Shown: positions 25,353 through 35,921 of the stretch, in pieces | Numbering within the stretch: position 1 is the stretch's first letter | Layout: every line of letters begins with the position of its first letter | Assembly: GCA_034669905.1 (NCBI GenBank) | Contig: JAXMOL010000024.1 | Coordinates: 32,001-96,000, forward strand | Direction of reading: 5' to 3' | Source of the DNA: Candidatus Hydrogenedentota bacterium | GTDB lineage: Bacteria > Hydrogenedentota > Hydrogenedentia > Hydrogenedentales > JAEUWI01 | Length of the DNA stretch: 64,000 nt | Made by a program: the position numbers and the translations under genes | Notes under the pieces: generated by a model | What the model was told of the DNA's origin: nothing | The model's database searches: none | Seen by the model: the letters and a program-made list of their open reading frames with translations, nothing else

Positions 25353-25393
25353 AAAAAGCCCCGCTCCCGGAGGAGCGAGGCGTGTGTTCTCTT
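25353..25393. terminator. Probable bidirectional intrinsic terminator
   Basis: aaaaa-gccccgctcc-cgga-ggagcgaggc hairpin between convergent genes; A-run gives a U-tail for typA. Confidence 0.65.
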
Positions 25394-25416
25394 TGCAGGG
25401 TGTCGGTTTCGGCCAA

Positions 25417-27312
25417 CTAGACCGTGGCGGTCCGACGTTTTTCGTCCCGTTTGCGCTCTTCCGCGTTCAACACGGCCTTACGCACCCGGATGCCTTTGGG
25501 GGTAATTTCCACCAGCTCGTCGGGGGCAATCCACTCCAAGGCGGTATCGAGGGTAAGTTCCCGGGGAACTTCCAGGCCGGCGCTGTGGTCTTTACCGGAG
25601 GCACGGTGGTTGGTGAGGGCCTTCTTTTTGGTCGGCTTGCAGGGCATGTCGCCCGGGCGGGAATACTCGCCGATGATCATTCCTTCATAGACACCCACCA
25701 TGGAGCCGATAAAGAGGGTGCCACGCTGCTGGAGGTTTTCCAGGCTGTAGGTGGTGCTCTGCCCCGTTTCCATGCTGATCATAGAGCCGCGCTTCCGCGT
25801 GACCACATCGCCGCACCAGGGGCCGTAGCCTTCAAAGCGGGAGGCCATAATCCCCAAACCGCGGGTATCGGTGAGGAACTCACCGCGATAGCCAATGAGG
25901 CCACGGGTAGGAATACGGAACTCCAGGCGCACAATGCCCGATTCTTCGGTATGCATGTGGGCCAACTCGCCCTTACGGGCCGCCAGCTTCTCAATGACCA
26001 CCCCCTGGAATTCCCCAGGCGTGTCCACGGTCAGCATTTCGATGGGTTCCAGGGGCTTGCCGTTCTCATCCCGGTGAATAATCACCTCCGGGGGGGAAAC
26101 GCAGAGCTCCATACCTTCGCGACGCATTTCCTCCAGAAGAATGGCCAGGTGGAGTTCGCCGCGGCCGGAAACCTTGAGGGCGTCGCCCCGTTCGGTTTCT
26201 TCCACGCGCAGGGCCACATTGGTGCGCATTTCGCGCTCCAAACGCTCTGCGATCTTACGCAGGGTAACCGCTTCACCTTCCTGTCCGGAGAAGGGCCCGT
26301 TGTTCATCATGAAATTCATGGAAACAGTGGGCTCTTCAATTTCCAGCGGGTGAAGAACGTTATCCAGGTCTTCGTCTGAGAAGGTATCGCCAATATTGAT
26401 TTCAGCCGGACCCGCGATCGTCACAATGTCGCCCGCCTGCACAATGTCCACCGCTTCGCTTTCCAAGCCCCGGGTCACCCAGAGGTAGGTACACTTCTCG
26501 GTTTTGTCGCTGGTGATGTCCCACTCACGTTCGTTGTGAAAATCATCGTGGTGCGCCAGTTTCTCACCAATCCACTCGGTGGATACGCGGCGGAACTTAT
26601 CGCCCTTACGCAGGCTTCCCTGCAAAACCCGACCCATTCCCGTACGACCAATGTGGTCACGCCAGCCAATGGTGCTGACCTGCATGAGGAAAGGCGCTTC
26701 GGGATCACCGGAGGGCGCGGGCACTTCTTTGATGATGGTTTCGAAGAGCGCTTCCATGCCTTCATGGGCGTCGTCTTCCAGGTCACGCACCAACCAGCCT
26801 GCCAGGCCGGAACCGTAGAGTACCGGGAAGTCACACTGCTCATCCGTCGCACCCAGTTCCACAAAGAGATCGAAGGTCTTGTCCAGTGCGATGTCGGGCT
26901 GCGCCTGGGGACGGTCCACTTTGTTGACGATAACGATGGGGCGGTAGCCCAGGCGAAGGGCCCGCGTCAGTACATAGCGGGTCTGGGGCATGGGGCCTTC
27001 ATTGGCATCCACCAACAGCAACACGGAGTCGACCATCGACAGGGTCCGCTCTACTTCACCGGAGAAATCCGCGTGGCCGGGCGTGTCAATAATGTTAATG
27101 GTGTAGTCTTCCCACGCCACCGTGCAGTGCTTCGCCCGGATGGTGATACCCCGTTCCCGCTCCAGTTCGTTATTGTCCATAACCCGCTCTGTCACCGCTT
27201 CATTCTCACGGTACACCTGGGTGGCCCCGAATATACTGTCGATCAGGGTCGTCTTACCGTGGTCAATGTGCGCGATAATCGCAAGGTTACGGATCTTTTC
27301 TATGGTACTCAT
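25417..27312 (-). CDS. typA: Translational GTPase TypA/BipA
   Basis: [48 protein letters not shown] at 27312. Confidence 0.97.
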   Translation of the reverse strand: MSTIEKIRNLAIIAHIDHGKTTLIDSIFGATQVYRENEAVTERVMDNNELERERGITIRAKHCTVAWEDYTINIIDTPGHADFSGEVERTLSMVDSVLLLVDANEGPMPQTRYVLTRALRLGYRPIVIVNKVDRPQAQPDIALDKTFDLFVELGATDEQCDFPVLYGSGLAGWLVRDLEDDAHEGMEALFETIIKEVPAPSGDPEAPFLMQVSTIGWRDHIGRTGMGRVLQGSLRKGDKFRRVSTEWIGEKLAHHDDFHNEREWDITSDKTEKCTYLWVTRGLESEAVDIVQAGDIVTIAGPAEINIGDTFSDEDLDNVLHPLEIEEPTVSMNFMMNNGPFSGQEGEAVTLRKIAERLEREMRTNVALRVEETERGDALKVSGRGELHLAILLEEMRREGMELCVSPPEVIIHRDENGKPLEPIEMLTVDTPGEFQGVVIEKLAARKGELAHMHTEESGIVRLEFRIPTRGLIGYRGEFLTDTRGLGIMASRFEGYGPWCGDVVTRKRGSMISMETGQSTTYSLENLQQRGTLFIGSMVGVYEGMIIGEYSRPGDMPCKPTKKKALTNHRASGKDHSAGLEVPRELTLDTALEWIAPDELVEITPKGIRVRKAVLNAEERKRDEKRRTATV

Positions 27313-27599
27313 GAACGGAACTTCTCCTGAGTCTTCCGGCACCACACCTGTGGCGTAGCTCGGAAAACCGGGTGTTAGGGTACGATGGCTGGGGAGCCGA
27401 CTGTCGCTGATTGCTCCCACGAAAGGCAGGGATCGGGCGTGTAGAAAACGCAAATGGACGCACTACGAGTCCCGGAATTGTACCTGCTGATCATAGTAAA
27501 TGGCAAGTTTTTACGGGGGGATATTGGGGCAATACGATTGCAGTATTGTTCGGGAAAATCGCCTCAAGTCGCCCCAAACCCGGCCCTGGGCCCCCGGCA

Positions 27600-29030
27600 C
27601 TACGCCAGAATGTCCCGAACCACGTGGCCGTGCACATCGGTGAGCCGGTAATCGCGCCCCTGATGACGGAAAATAAGCCGCTCGTGATCCAGGCCCAGCA
27701 AATGCAGCATCGTGGCATTTAAATCGTGGACATGAACGGGGTTGGTGGCCACGTTATAGCAATAGTCGTCGGTTTCGCCATAGGTCAGGCCGCCCTTCAC
27801 CCCCCCGCCCGCCATCATCACGGAGAAGCAACGCCCGTGGTGGTCACGGCCGTAATTCTCCGCACTGAGTCCGCCCTGGCAGTAAGAAGTCCGCCCGAAC
27901 TCGCCGCCCCAGATGATCAGGGTGTCATCGAGAAGGCCCCGCTGCTTCAGGTCGCGGATGAGCCCCGCCGTGGGCTGATCCACATCCCCGCATTGGAGGG
28001 CAAGGTCTTTGGGGAGGTTCCCGTGTTGATCCCAGCCACGATGATAGAGCTGGATGAAGCGCACGTCCCGCTCCGCCAGGCGGCGGGCAAGAAGGCAATT
28101 CGCCGCGAAACTCCCCCGTCGATGGACCTCCGGGCCATACATGTCGAGAACAGATTGGGGCTCCCCCGAGATATCGGCCAGCTCAGGCACGGAAAACTGC
28201 ATGCGATAGGCCATTTCATACTGGGCGATGCGGGCATTGATCTCCGGGTCGGCGAACTCGTCGAATTGAGCCTGGTTCAGCGCCGCTGTTGCATCAAGCA
28301 TGCGTCTGCGGGCCGTGTCGTTAACGCCGGGCGGATTGGCGAGATAGAGCACGGGGTCACCACTCGGACGAAGCGTGGTGCCCTGGTGTTCGGAGGGCAG
28401 GAATCCAGCGCCCCACAGGTTCTGACGAAGGGGTTGGGCGGGCCGACCGGAGCTGCCCATGGATACCAACACAACGAATCCCGGCAGGTCCTGGTTTGCG
28501 TTGCCCAGCCCATAACTCATCCAGGCACCGAAGGAAGGACGGCCCGGCTGCTGGCTTCCCGTCTGCATAAAGGTCATGCCGGGGTCGTGGTTAATGGCTT
28601 CCGTGTGCATGGACCGGATGATGCAAAGATCGTCGGCCATTTCGCCCATATGGGGCAACAACTCGCTCATCCACTGGCCACTCGCCCCCTTCTGCGCAAA
28701 GGAAAACCGGGAGGCGGCCACGGGGAAGGCGCTCTGGCCGGACGTCATGGTGGTGAGGCGCTGTCCCTGCCGAACAGACGGCGGCAGCTCCGAGCCGTGA
28801 AACTTCGTCAGGGAGGGCTTGTAGTCGAAGAGCTCCATCTGGGAGGGGCCACCCGATTGGAAGAGGTAGATCACCCGTTTGGCCTTCGCCACGTGCCGGG
28901 TAGGCGTGCCCGCCCCCCACGCGGGGCCGCCCAGTAAGGCACCGAGGGCCGCCACGCCAATACCGGCACTGGAACAGCCGAAAAATTGTCGTCGGGTTAG
29001 GAGCTGTTCGTGTGCTTGTCGGGGGTCCAT
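27600..29030 (-). CDS. DUF1501 family protein (Tat-exported)
   Basis: TRRQFF Tat motif, AKRVIYLFQSGGPSQ, GEFGRT, GRDHH, RLTDVHG. Confidence 0.92.
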   Translation of the reverse strand: MDPRQAHEQLLTRRQFFGCSSAGIGVAALGALLGGPAWGAGTPTRHVAKAKRVIYLFQSGGPSQMELFDYKPSLTKFHGSELPPSVRQGQRLTTMTSGQSAFPVAASRFSFAQKGASGQWMSELLPHMGEMADDLCIIRSMHTEAINHDPGMTFMQTGSQQPGRPSFGAWMSYGLGNANQDLPGFVVLVSMGSSGRPAQPLRQNLWGAGFLPSEHQGTTLRPSGDPVLYLANPPGVNDTARRRMLDATAALNQAQFDEFADPEINARIAQYEMAYRMQFSVPELADISGEPQSVLDMYGPEVHRRGSFAANCLLARRLAERDVRFIQLYHRGWDQHGNLPKDLALQCGDVDQPTAGLIRDLKQRGLLDDTLIIWGGEFGRTSYCQGGLSAENYGRDHHGRCFSVMMAGGGVKGGLTYGETDDYCYNVATNPVHVHDLNATMLHLLGLDHERLIFRHQGRDYRLTDVHGHVVRDILA

Positions 29031-29050
29031 GGCCTTGGTCCTGTACGTCG

Positions 29051-32000
29051 TTAAAATTGGCTGACCGCAGCATCGGTGTTAAGGAGGGCGCTGGCGACCA
29101 TTGTCCAAGTCGCAAGCTCGACGGGGTCAAGCTCCTGGTTGTATGTTGATTCGCCCGTTTCCACGAGTGCCCGGGCAGCCGCGGGGTCGCTACGGTAGTC
29201 GGCCTGTTGCGCTTCAACAAGTCGACGAAGGGCGGATGCCTCGGCGGCGCGCGGTGAACGGGAAAGCACGAGCATAGTGGCGTGGGCAATACGTTCCCCC
29301 GTGTCCGATCCCGCCTCTTCCATAACGCGGCTGGCGATGGCGCGGGCTGCTTCGACATATTGAATGTCATTCATCAGGACAAGCGCCTGAAGGGGCGTGT
29401 TGCTCTGGCCGCGCTGGGCCGTACAGACATCCCGATTGGGCGCATCAAAGAGCAGCATGCCCGGTGGCGCGGCCGCACGCTTCCAGAAGGTGTAGAGACT
29501 CCTTCGATACAGGGCGCTGCCATGCTCCTGAATATACTCCTGGGCCGTGTAGCGCAGTCCCCCACCCCCATAGGCCACGTCCCGCCAGAGCCCTTCGGGC
29601 TGATAGGGCTTCACACTCGGGCCACCCAGCACTTCCACGAGAAGTCCGCTTGCGGCCAAAGCACTGTCCCGGATTTGCTCGGCCTCCAGACGATACCGGG
29701 GCCCCCGGGCCAGGAGTCTATTCTCGGGATCGCGGTCTGCCAACTCGGTACGGATTCGGGAGGCCTGGCGGTAGGTGGCCGACGTCACAATAAGCCGTTC
29801 CAGGGCCTTACTGTCCCAGCCGGACTCGATGAAGGAGCGGGCCAGCCAGTCGAGTAATTCGGGATGGCTGGGCCGTTCGCCTTGTACCCCGAAGTCATCG
29901 GAGGTCTTCACGAGGCCCACACCAAAGTAGCGCTGCCACGCCCGATTCACCGCGACCCGCGCCGTGAGAGGATTCTCGTCCGCCACCAGCCACTGGGCGA
30001 GGCCCAGGCGATTGGGCGGCGCCCCTGCGGGCCAGTCGTTGAGGGCGGCGGGCACCGCCGGCTCAACCAGATCACCCAGCTGATCATATTCACCCCGAAT
30101 GAGGATGTGGGTCGGGCGCACCTCCGCGCGGTCCTCCATGACCATGGTCGTCGGAATCGCCTTCTCCAATTCGCCCTGTGCCCAGCGAAGCTCCTGCTCT
30201 TTCTCGTAGAGGGGTGCCCCGTCCGGCCAGTGGCGGCTTCGGTAGTGGCCGCGCAGCAAGGCAACCTCCTCCTCGCCCCGCGCGGACACTTCACGAAGTA
30301 GCGCGGCTTCGACGGACAGCGAAAACCTGCCCAGTTCTTCGCCACGTCGCGCGAAGAAGAAGGTCGGCGCATTAAAATCGTAGTAGTCGACGGTCTTCAT
30401 GAGCAGGGAATTCTCCCCCTCCCGCAAGTCAATCGTCACGGGAGATGGATGGGCTCCCACCTCACCCCGCTGGGCCGCTTTGTCGAAGACCAAACGTCCA
30501 TTCACCCACAGGCGCACGGCGTTCCGGTTATCAAGAGAGAGGTCCATGCTTCGGGGTGACGCGGCAGTGACGACGCGATAAAAGTAGTTCGCGCAATTCT
30601 TTCCGTCGACACGATGGGCTACTCCATCGGGAAGGCCGCCCTCGGGCACTTTCCACCGGGCCGCGCCGTCGCCATCGGTCTCCGCGAGGTTAAGGTGCTG
30701 CGGGTCGACGTGTTCGGTGTTGAGGGCCTCATCACCGCTTTTCGCTACATGGGGGCCATTGACATGCCAGGGGCCCAGGGATGCGGGCAGGTACGCGGGC
30801 TCGTTCGTGAGTCGTAGCCGCAGTCGACTGGCCACGGCTGGAAGTGCGGTGCCCTGCACCACGATGCGGATTCGGGTACGCTCGGCAAGCCCCATGACCT
30901 GGCCCAGGGAGAGTATGGCAACGTCATGGGTATTCCCTCGCCACACCTTTTCGGCGTCGCCGTCAATCAGGCGATTTCCCTCGGGCGTCGATGCAGTCAC
31001 CTGCACAAAAGAAACGGGAACCTCCTCCCCCGACGGGGACGTGACAAAGAGGGCGATTTCCGAAAGGGCCACGGGAGTGGCGGTTCCGCCTTCGCCGACC
31101 TCCGGGAGCACGTCGAGACGGAGCGCGGTGACCGTCGTCAACGCCGTTGCTCCGTAGAGGGTGAGTGTTGATGGGTCTTGAGCTCCAGCGGGCGGTACTG
31201 CGACGGCTTCCATGGCCCGCCATTGCTCCGACACGGCCCCACGCGCCCCCACTTCCCAGTCTCGTTGCGCCGCATCCACCTCAGGAATGGGGCGTAGCAT
31301 CTCTTCCTTTAGGGCTGCGAGCTTGCGCGCCAATCGTGCTGTCTCTTCTTCTTGCTCGGGGAGTGGTGCCTTGATTCGGGGCAGGGAATTGCCATCGAGT
31401 TCCGTACCGAAGAGTTTGGATTCCTCTTCCGTCCCGTTGTTGAAGAAGGCGTAGAATTCGTAGAACTCCCGCTGGCTGATCGGGTCGTACTTGTGGTCGT
31501 GACACTGGGCGCACTTCATCGTGAGGCCCAACCACGTCGTGGCCGTGGTGTGACTTCGGTCCACCACATTCTCCACGCGGTACTCTTCAAATATGGCCCC
31601 GCCCTCCATCATGATGGGGTGGTTCCGGTTGAAGCCCGTGGCGATGCGCTGGGCCAACGATGGCTTGGGGAGAAGGTCGCCCGCCAGTTGCTCGATGGTG
31701 AACTGGTCAAAGGGCATGTTGTCGTTGAAGGCGTCGATGACCCAATCGCGGTAGCGCCACATGGTCCGCTCAATATCGGCCGCGTAGCCGTTTGTATCGG
31801 CGTAACGGGCGAGGTCAAGCCAGTAACGGGCCCGATGTTCCCCGTAACGCGGCGAGGCCAACAAGCGCTCCACCAGCGCGCCGTAGGCATTCGGATCCGG
31901 GTCCTTCACAAAGGCGTCCACCTCGGCGGGCGACGGTGGCAGGCCCGTCAGGTCCAGACTCAGCCGCCGTATGAGGGTGTAGCGGTCCGCCTCCGGGGAA

Positions 32001-32527
32001 GGTGCAATGTCTTCCGCCTCGAGGCGCGCCAGGACGAAGTTGTCGATAGGGTTGCGCGGCCAGATCCCGTCGCGTACGGGCGGGGCAGCGGGCAAGGCGG
32101 GTGGAATAAAGGCCCAATGGGCTTCCCAGGGGGCCCCCTGGGCAATCCATTGGCGGAGCAGGTCGCGCTCTTTCGCCGACAGGGACTTCCCTGTCTCCGG
32201 CGGGGGCATTTGCTCCTCGGGGTCGTCGCTGAGGATGCGCTTCATCAGGGCGCTGGCATCGGGGTTTCCCGGGATAATGGCCGTCTCGCCGGAGGGCAAT
32301 ACCGACGTGGCCTCCCCTTCTTTGTCCAGGCGAAGACCCGCTTTTCGCGGTGGTGCATCGGGACCGTGGCAGGCAAAGCACTTGGTGGAGAGCATGGGCA
32401 CAATGTCGCGGTTGAAGGCGACGGGCGCTGTATTGGCGTCAGGATCCGCCGAGGCGCAGGGGCCGAACGAGATCCCAATCAGGGCGGCGGCGATCCAACG
32501 CATACTTTGTGTACGACATGACGGCAT
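29051..32527 (-). CDS. Planctomycete-type cytochrome c protein (PSCyt1/DUF1549/DUF1553)
   Basis: CFACH and CAQCHDHKYDP heme motifs, NPIDNFV, WLDLARYADT, HPELLDWLA, NTPLQAL; start may be 32503. Confidence 0.92.
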   Translation of the reverse strand: MPSCRTQSMRWIAAALIGISFGPCASADPDANTAPVAFNRDIVPMLSTKCFACHGPDAPPRKAGLRLDKEGEATSVLPSGETAIIPGNPDASALMKRILSDDPEEQMPPPETGKSLSAKERDLLRQWIAQGAPWEAHWAFIPPALPAAPPVRDGIWPRNPIDNFVLARLEAEDIAPSPEADRYTLIRRLSLDLTGLPPSPAEVDAFVKDPDPNAYGALVERLLASPRYGEHRARYWLDLARYADTNGYAADIERTMWRYRDWVIDAFNDNMPFDQFTIEQLAGDLLPKPSLAQRIATGFNRNHPIMMEGGAIFEEYRVENVVDRSHTTATTWLGLTMKCAQCHDHKYDPISQREFYEFYAFFNNGTEEESKLFGTELDGNSLPRIKAPLPEQEEETARLARKLAALKEEMLRPIPEVDAAQRDWEVGARGAVSEQWRAMEAVAVPPAGAQDPSTLTLYGATALTTVTALRLDVLPEVGEGGTATPVALSEIALFVTSPSGEEVPVSFVQVTASTPEGNRLIDGDAEKVWRGNTHDVAILSLGQVMGLAERTRIRIVVQGTALPAVASRLRLRLTNEPAYLPASLGPWHVNGPHVAKSGDEALNTEHVDPQHLNLAETDGDGAARWKVPEGGLPDGVAHRVDGKNCANYFYRVVTAASPRSMDLSLDNRNAVRLWVNGRLVFDKAAQRGEVGAHPSPVTIDLREGENSLLMKTVDYYDFNAPTFFFARRGEELGRFSLSVEAALLREVSARGEEEVALLRGHYRSRHWPDGAPLYEKEQELRWAQGELEKAIPTTMVMEDRAEVRPTHILIRGEYDQLGDLVEPAVPAALNDWPAGAPPNRLGLAQWLVADENPLTARVAVNRAWQRYFGVGLVKTSDDFGVQGERPSHPELLDWLARSFIESGWDSKALERLIVTSATYRQASRIRTELADRDPENRLLARGPRYRLEAEQIRDSALAASGLLVEVLGGPSVKPYQPEGLWRDVAYGGGGLRYTAQEYIQEHGSALYRRSLYTFWKRAAAPPGMLLFDAPNRDVCTAQRGQSNTPLQALVLMNDIQYVEAARAIASRVMEEAGSDTGERIAHATMLVLSRSPRAAEASALRRLVEAQQADYRSDPAAARALVETGESTYNQELDPVELATWTMVASALLNTDAAVSQF

Positions 32528-32608
32528 AAACGAAATCCCGGGCCAATGACGGCCCCTTGATGATGCTCTCGCTTATCTTATGCCATACATCCGGAGCGAA
32601 CAAGTCGC

Positions 32609-32980
32609 CTATCGGTGTTCCACATAGCTGATACCCAGTTTTGCCCCGGTGGATGCCAGCCGACGATCCCGTGTCCAGAGCCGGGTGCCGGGCATCAGTG
32701 TTGTTGCAGCCAGAAGATGTACGTCGATAAACCCCAAACCGCGGCCCATAAGCTTCCTGCGCTCGATGAATTTCAACACCTCATCATTATCGGCAACCAC
32801 GGCATGAGGCAACGCCGCCAGCAGAGACAGTACTTCAACCCGATTTCCGATGGACCCGCAGGCCAGTTCGCCGATCACCATTGGATGGGTCAACACCTCA
32901 TCTGCGTTCAGGAGCTCCACCAACTCGGGAGCCCCGTTGTGCAGGTGATCTATCCAAACTGGCGTGTCGACAAGAATCAT
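32609..32980 (-). CDS. vapC: VapC PIN-domain toxin (copy 1)
   Basis: MILVDT, ELACG, GFIDVHLLA and WTRDRRL PIN motifs; ATGA overlap with the antitoxin. Confidence 0.92.
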   Translation of the reverse strand: MILVDTPVWIDHLHNGAPELVELLNADEVLTHPMVIGELACGSIGNRVEVLSLLAALPHAVVADNDEVLKFIERRKLMGRGLGFIDVHLLAATTLMPGTRLWTRDRRLASTGAKLGISYVEHR

Positions 32981-33174
32981 GTGTCTTTCGACCGGCGGCG
33001 GGGTATGGGCTTCAAATCCGGTTCCGTACCACCAAGACGTGCGAGCCGCCGTGCGCTCTCACGCTCGATCAGCGCCTGGAGACCAGCATGGATCAGGGCC
33101 GTACGCTCTTTGGTGCCCGTGAGGCGTTGGGCTTCCCCGAGCAGCTCGTCATCCAGGTTGATAGTAGTTCTCAT
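32977..33174 (-). CDS. vapB: VapB antitoxin (copy 1)
   Basis: MRTTINLDDELL RHH-type start, directly upstream of the PIN toxin. Confidence 0.9.
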   Translation of the reverse strand: MRTTINLDDELLGEAQRLTGTKERTALIHAGLQALIERESARRLARLGGTEPDLKPIPRRRSKDT

Positions 33175-33198
33175 GGTTCTTGCCTCCTTCTGTGCATG

Positions 33199-33218
33199 TA
33201 ATTATACATCAAATGATG
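33199..33218 (-). promoter_or_regulatory. vapBC1 -10 box and palindromic operator
   Basis: TATAAT on the minus strand next to CATCA-aa-TGATG; the same 20-mer occurs at 44044-44063. Confidence 0.7.
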
Positions 33219-33364
33219 CTGAAATGTACGCTGGATTCTGCTAATCCGGCGCATACTTTGGGTACCACATTTTGGCATGAATGAAATTCCAAGCCTGTGA
33301 CGGCCCCTCGATGTTGCTCTCTTTTTTATTGTGCCATGCACCGTAGGCGACCAACTCCCTGTCA

Positions 33365-33943
33365 TTACACCAATAATTTGTACCAGAAAAACTGCACCTC
33401 ATCGGGCAATGATGGATAGGCAAATCGGTTGATTGCGCCAAGCTCGCATCCCTGCCGCGCATAGAAGCGACAGGCCGACGCATTGGTGTTCTGTGTCTCG
33501 ATCTTGAGCCAGCGCGCACCGCGAGTCTGGGCCCATTGCACGGCATACAGGAAGAGGTCGTGGCCGACGCCCTGCCCCCGATAATCGGGTGCAACCCGCA
33601 GGTCCCATAAGACGGCCAAATCCTGGCGGCCCTCCAGCATGTCAATACCTGGCGTGTTCCAGGCCACAACGGCCCCACCCACGGGAACGCCCTCCGCCCT
33701 GGCAACCAGAATCCCCCACCGACTCATGTCAAAACGCGACGTCCATTCCGTGGGATAGTGGCCGGGCACCGCGTCATAGTTCTTGACGTAGGGTTCCTCC
33801 ACCGGTTCAGCGACAAAGGTCATACCGCAGGTGCCCTCCGCCGGGCAATCGCGGGCAAAAGTCTCGCGAACTTCAAACGCGATGGGCACGGTGGCATATT
33901 CCGCCAGTGCCGCCACAGTTTCATCTATAATTTTGATTGTCAT
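33365..33943 (-). CDS. GNAT acetyltransferase (streptothricin-acetyltransferase-like)
   Basis: LRVAPDYRGQGVG motif A; ETQNTNASACRFYARQG. Confidence 0.82.
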   Translation of the reverse strand: MTIKIIDETVAALAEYATVPIAFEVRETFARDCPAEGTCGMTFVAEPVEEPYVKNYDAVPGHYPTEWTSRFDMSRWGILVARAEGVPVGGAVVAWNTPGIDMLEGRQDLAVLWDLRVAPDYRGQGVGHDLFLYAVQWAQTRGARWLKIETQNTNASACRFYARQGCELGAINRFAYPSLPDEVQFFWYKLLV

Positions 33944-34135
33944 GAAACGACTTTCCAGGTAAGGAACGTGTACTACGCTCAAATTCCCTTCCGATTTTTG
34001 TAAGCGATAGACGGCCGATGCACAATTTATCCGTGGTACACCCGCCGTCGTAACCAGAATACCGTTGTGCTACACTCAAAACCACGTAAATACCGAAGAA
34101 ATGCACTTGCCTCGCACGCAGAAAGACCAACGCTC

Positions 34136-35812
34136 ATGAATCCCCGTATCGCCCATCTTTTTCTCCTGCTACCCATCCTCGCGCTCCAGGCCTGCGTGCA
34201 CACAAACACCGCCCGCGTGACACCACCCGAGGTCCAGGCCACTCCCGCCCAACTATTCGACGGCATGGGCGACTACGAATTCCCCATTTCGACTAACTCC
34301 CCGGAGGCCCAGGCCTACTTCAACCAGGGCATCACCTGGGCCTGCGCCTTTAACCACGATGAGGCCATCCGTTCCTTTCGCAAGGCGGCCGAACTCGACG
34401 ACGACTGCGCCATGGCGTGGTGGGGCGTCTCCCTGGCCGCGGGCCCCCAATACAACCATTCGGGCATGTCGGAGGAACGGACCGCTATCGCCTGGGAGGG
34501 CATGGAGAAGGCCCTCGCCCGAATCGAAAACACGAACGCGGTGGAACGGGCGCTCATCGAATCCCTCCAGCACCGCAATGCCAATCCCGAACCGAAGGAT
34601 CGCAGCACCCTCAACGTGGCCTATGCCGAGGCTATGGGCGCGCTTTGGGCGCGCTTTCCCGGGGACGGCAATATCGGCTCCCTCTATGCCGAGGCCATGA
34701 TGGTCCTCCACCCCTGGCGACTCTATGAATTGGACGGTACGCCCCACGCGGACACGCCTAAAATACTCGCCGTGCTGGAGCATGCCATGGAATTGGCCCC
34801 CAACCACCCAGGACCGCCCCACCTCTACATCCACGCCACCGAGCCAAGCAAGAACCCCGAGCAGGGACTCAACGCGGCCCGCCGCTTGGACGACCTTATT
34901 CCCGCCAGCGGCCACCTCCTCCACATGCCCTCCCACATCTATGTCCGCACGGGCTATTGGGAAGAGGCCATCCGCCAGAACGAAAAGGCCATGGCTTCGG
35001 ACATGCGGTATCGCGACCTCTCTCCCGACCAGCTCGTCCAACACGCCTATATGGCCCACAACGCCCACATGGGCGCTTATGCCGCCATGATGAGCGGTCA
35101 CGAAGAATCCGCCATGAACGCAGCGCGGGCCATGTGGGAAATGGTGCCGCCCGAAACCTTCGCACAGGTCGGCCCCTGGCTCGACCGCATCATGTGCTCC
35201 GTCTACGATGTGCAGAAGCGCTTTGGACGTTGGGACGCCCTCCTCGCCGAGCCCGCGCCCCCCGCCGATCTACCCATCACCAACGCCACGTGGAGGGCAT
35301 CCCGGGCCGTGGCCTATGCCGCGAAGTTGGATATCCTAAACGCGGAAAAGGAATTCGCGGCCTTCAAGGAAGCCAAGGCCGCCATCCCCAAAGGTGCCCG
35401 CTGGTCGCGGGACTCCGCCCACACCGTCCTGGAGGTAAGCGAGTATTTTGTCCCCGGTGAGATTGCGCTCCAACAAGGCGATCTTGAAACGGCGGTGACC
35501 CTCCTCGAGAAAGCCGCCGCGGTGGAAGACACCCTCTCCTACGGCGAACCACCCCAATGGCTCCAGCCCGTCCGTCACACCCTCGGCGCGGTCTACCTGA
35601 AAAGCGGCGACTACACGCAGGCCGAGCGGGTCTACCGGGAAGACCTTGAAGAGTGGCCGAATAACGTCTGGGCACTCTATGGACTCGGTCGTGCCCTGCA
35701 GGAACAGGGCAAGACGAAGGAAGCGGAAAAGGTCATGGCTCAATATGAGGCGGTATGGCCGACAGATAGCGCGCCACTCACGACGAGTTGCCAGTGCATT
35801 CCGCGGGTCTAG
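34136..35812 (+). CDS. TPR-repeat lipoprotein
   Basis: Lipobox-like LQAC; AQAYFNQG..FNHDEAIRSF, HLYIH, HMPSHIY, TPR helices. Confidence 0.8.
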   Translation: MNPRIAHLFLLLPILALQACVHTNTARVTPPEVQATPAQLFDGMGDYEFPISTNSPEAQAYFNQGITWACAFNHDEAIRSFRKAAELDDDCAMAWWGVSLAAGPQYNHSGMSEERTAIAWEGMEKALARIENTNAVERALIESLQHRNANPEPKDRSTLNVAYAEAMGALWARFPGDGNIGSLYAEAMMVLHPWRLYELDGTPHADTPKILAVLEHAMELAPNHPGPPHLYIHATEPSKNPEQGLNAARRLDDLIPASGHLLHMPSHIYVRTGYWEEAIRQNEKAMASDMRYRDLSPDQLVQHAYMAHNAHMGAYAAMMSGHEESAMNAARAMWEMVPPETFAQVGPWLDRIMCSVYDVQKRFGRWDALLAEPAPPADLPITNATWRASRAVAYAAKLDILNAEKEFAAFKEAKAAIPKGARWSRDSAHTVLEVSEYFVPGEIALQQGDLETAVTLLEKAAAVEDTLSYGEPPQWLQPVRHTLGAVYLKSGDYTQAERVYREDLEEWPNNVWALYGLGRALQEQGKTKEAEKVMAQYEAVWPTDSAPLTTSCQCIPRV

Positions 35813-35921
35813 GTATGAGGTCACCGCATATGCAGCGGGCTGGCGCAGTACCAAATTGCAGGTTACTACTTCCGCGCGGCTATTGAAACGATTGCAAGCA
35901 GGCCGCATCAGCGCACGCCGC

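Noticed and set aside
23533..25416. 627-aa ORF in frame after the typA TAG, suggesting a readthrough fusion
   Set aside because: Mostly antisense to the glycosyltransferase; only the last 155 codons (DUF1569, own RBS) look real, and a terminator follows typA.
27313..27600. Possible structured leader RNA upstream of typA
   Set aside because: No recognisable riboswitch motif by eye; an Rfam/Infernal search would be needed.
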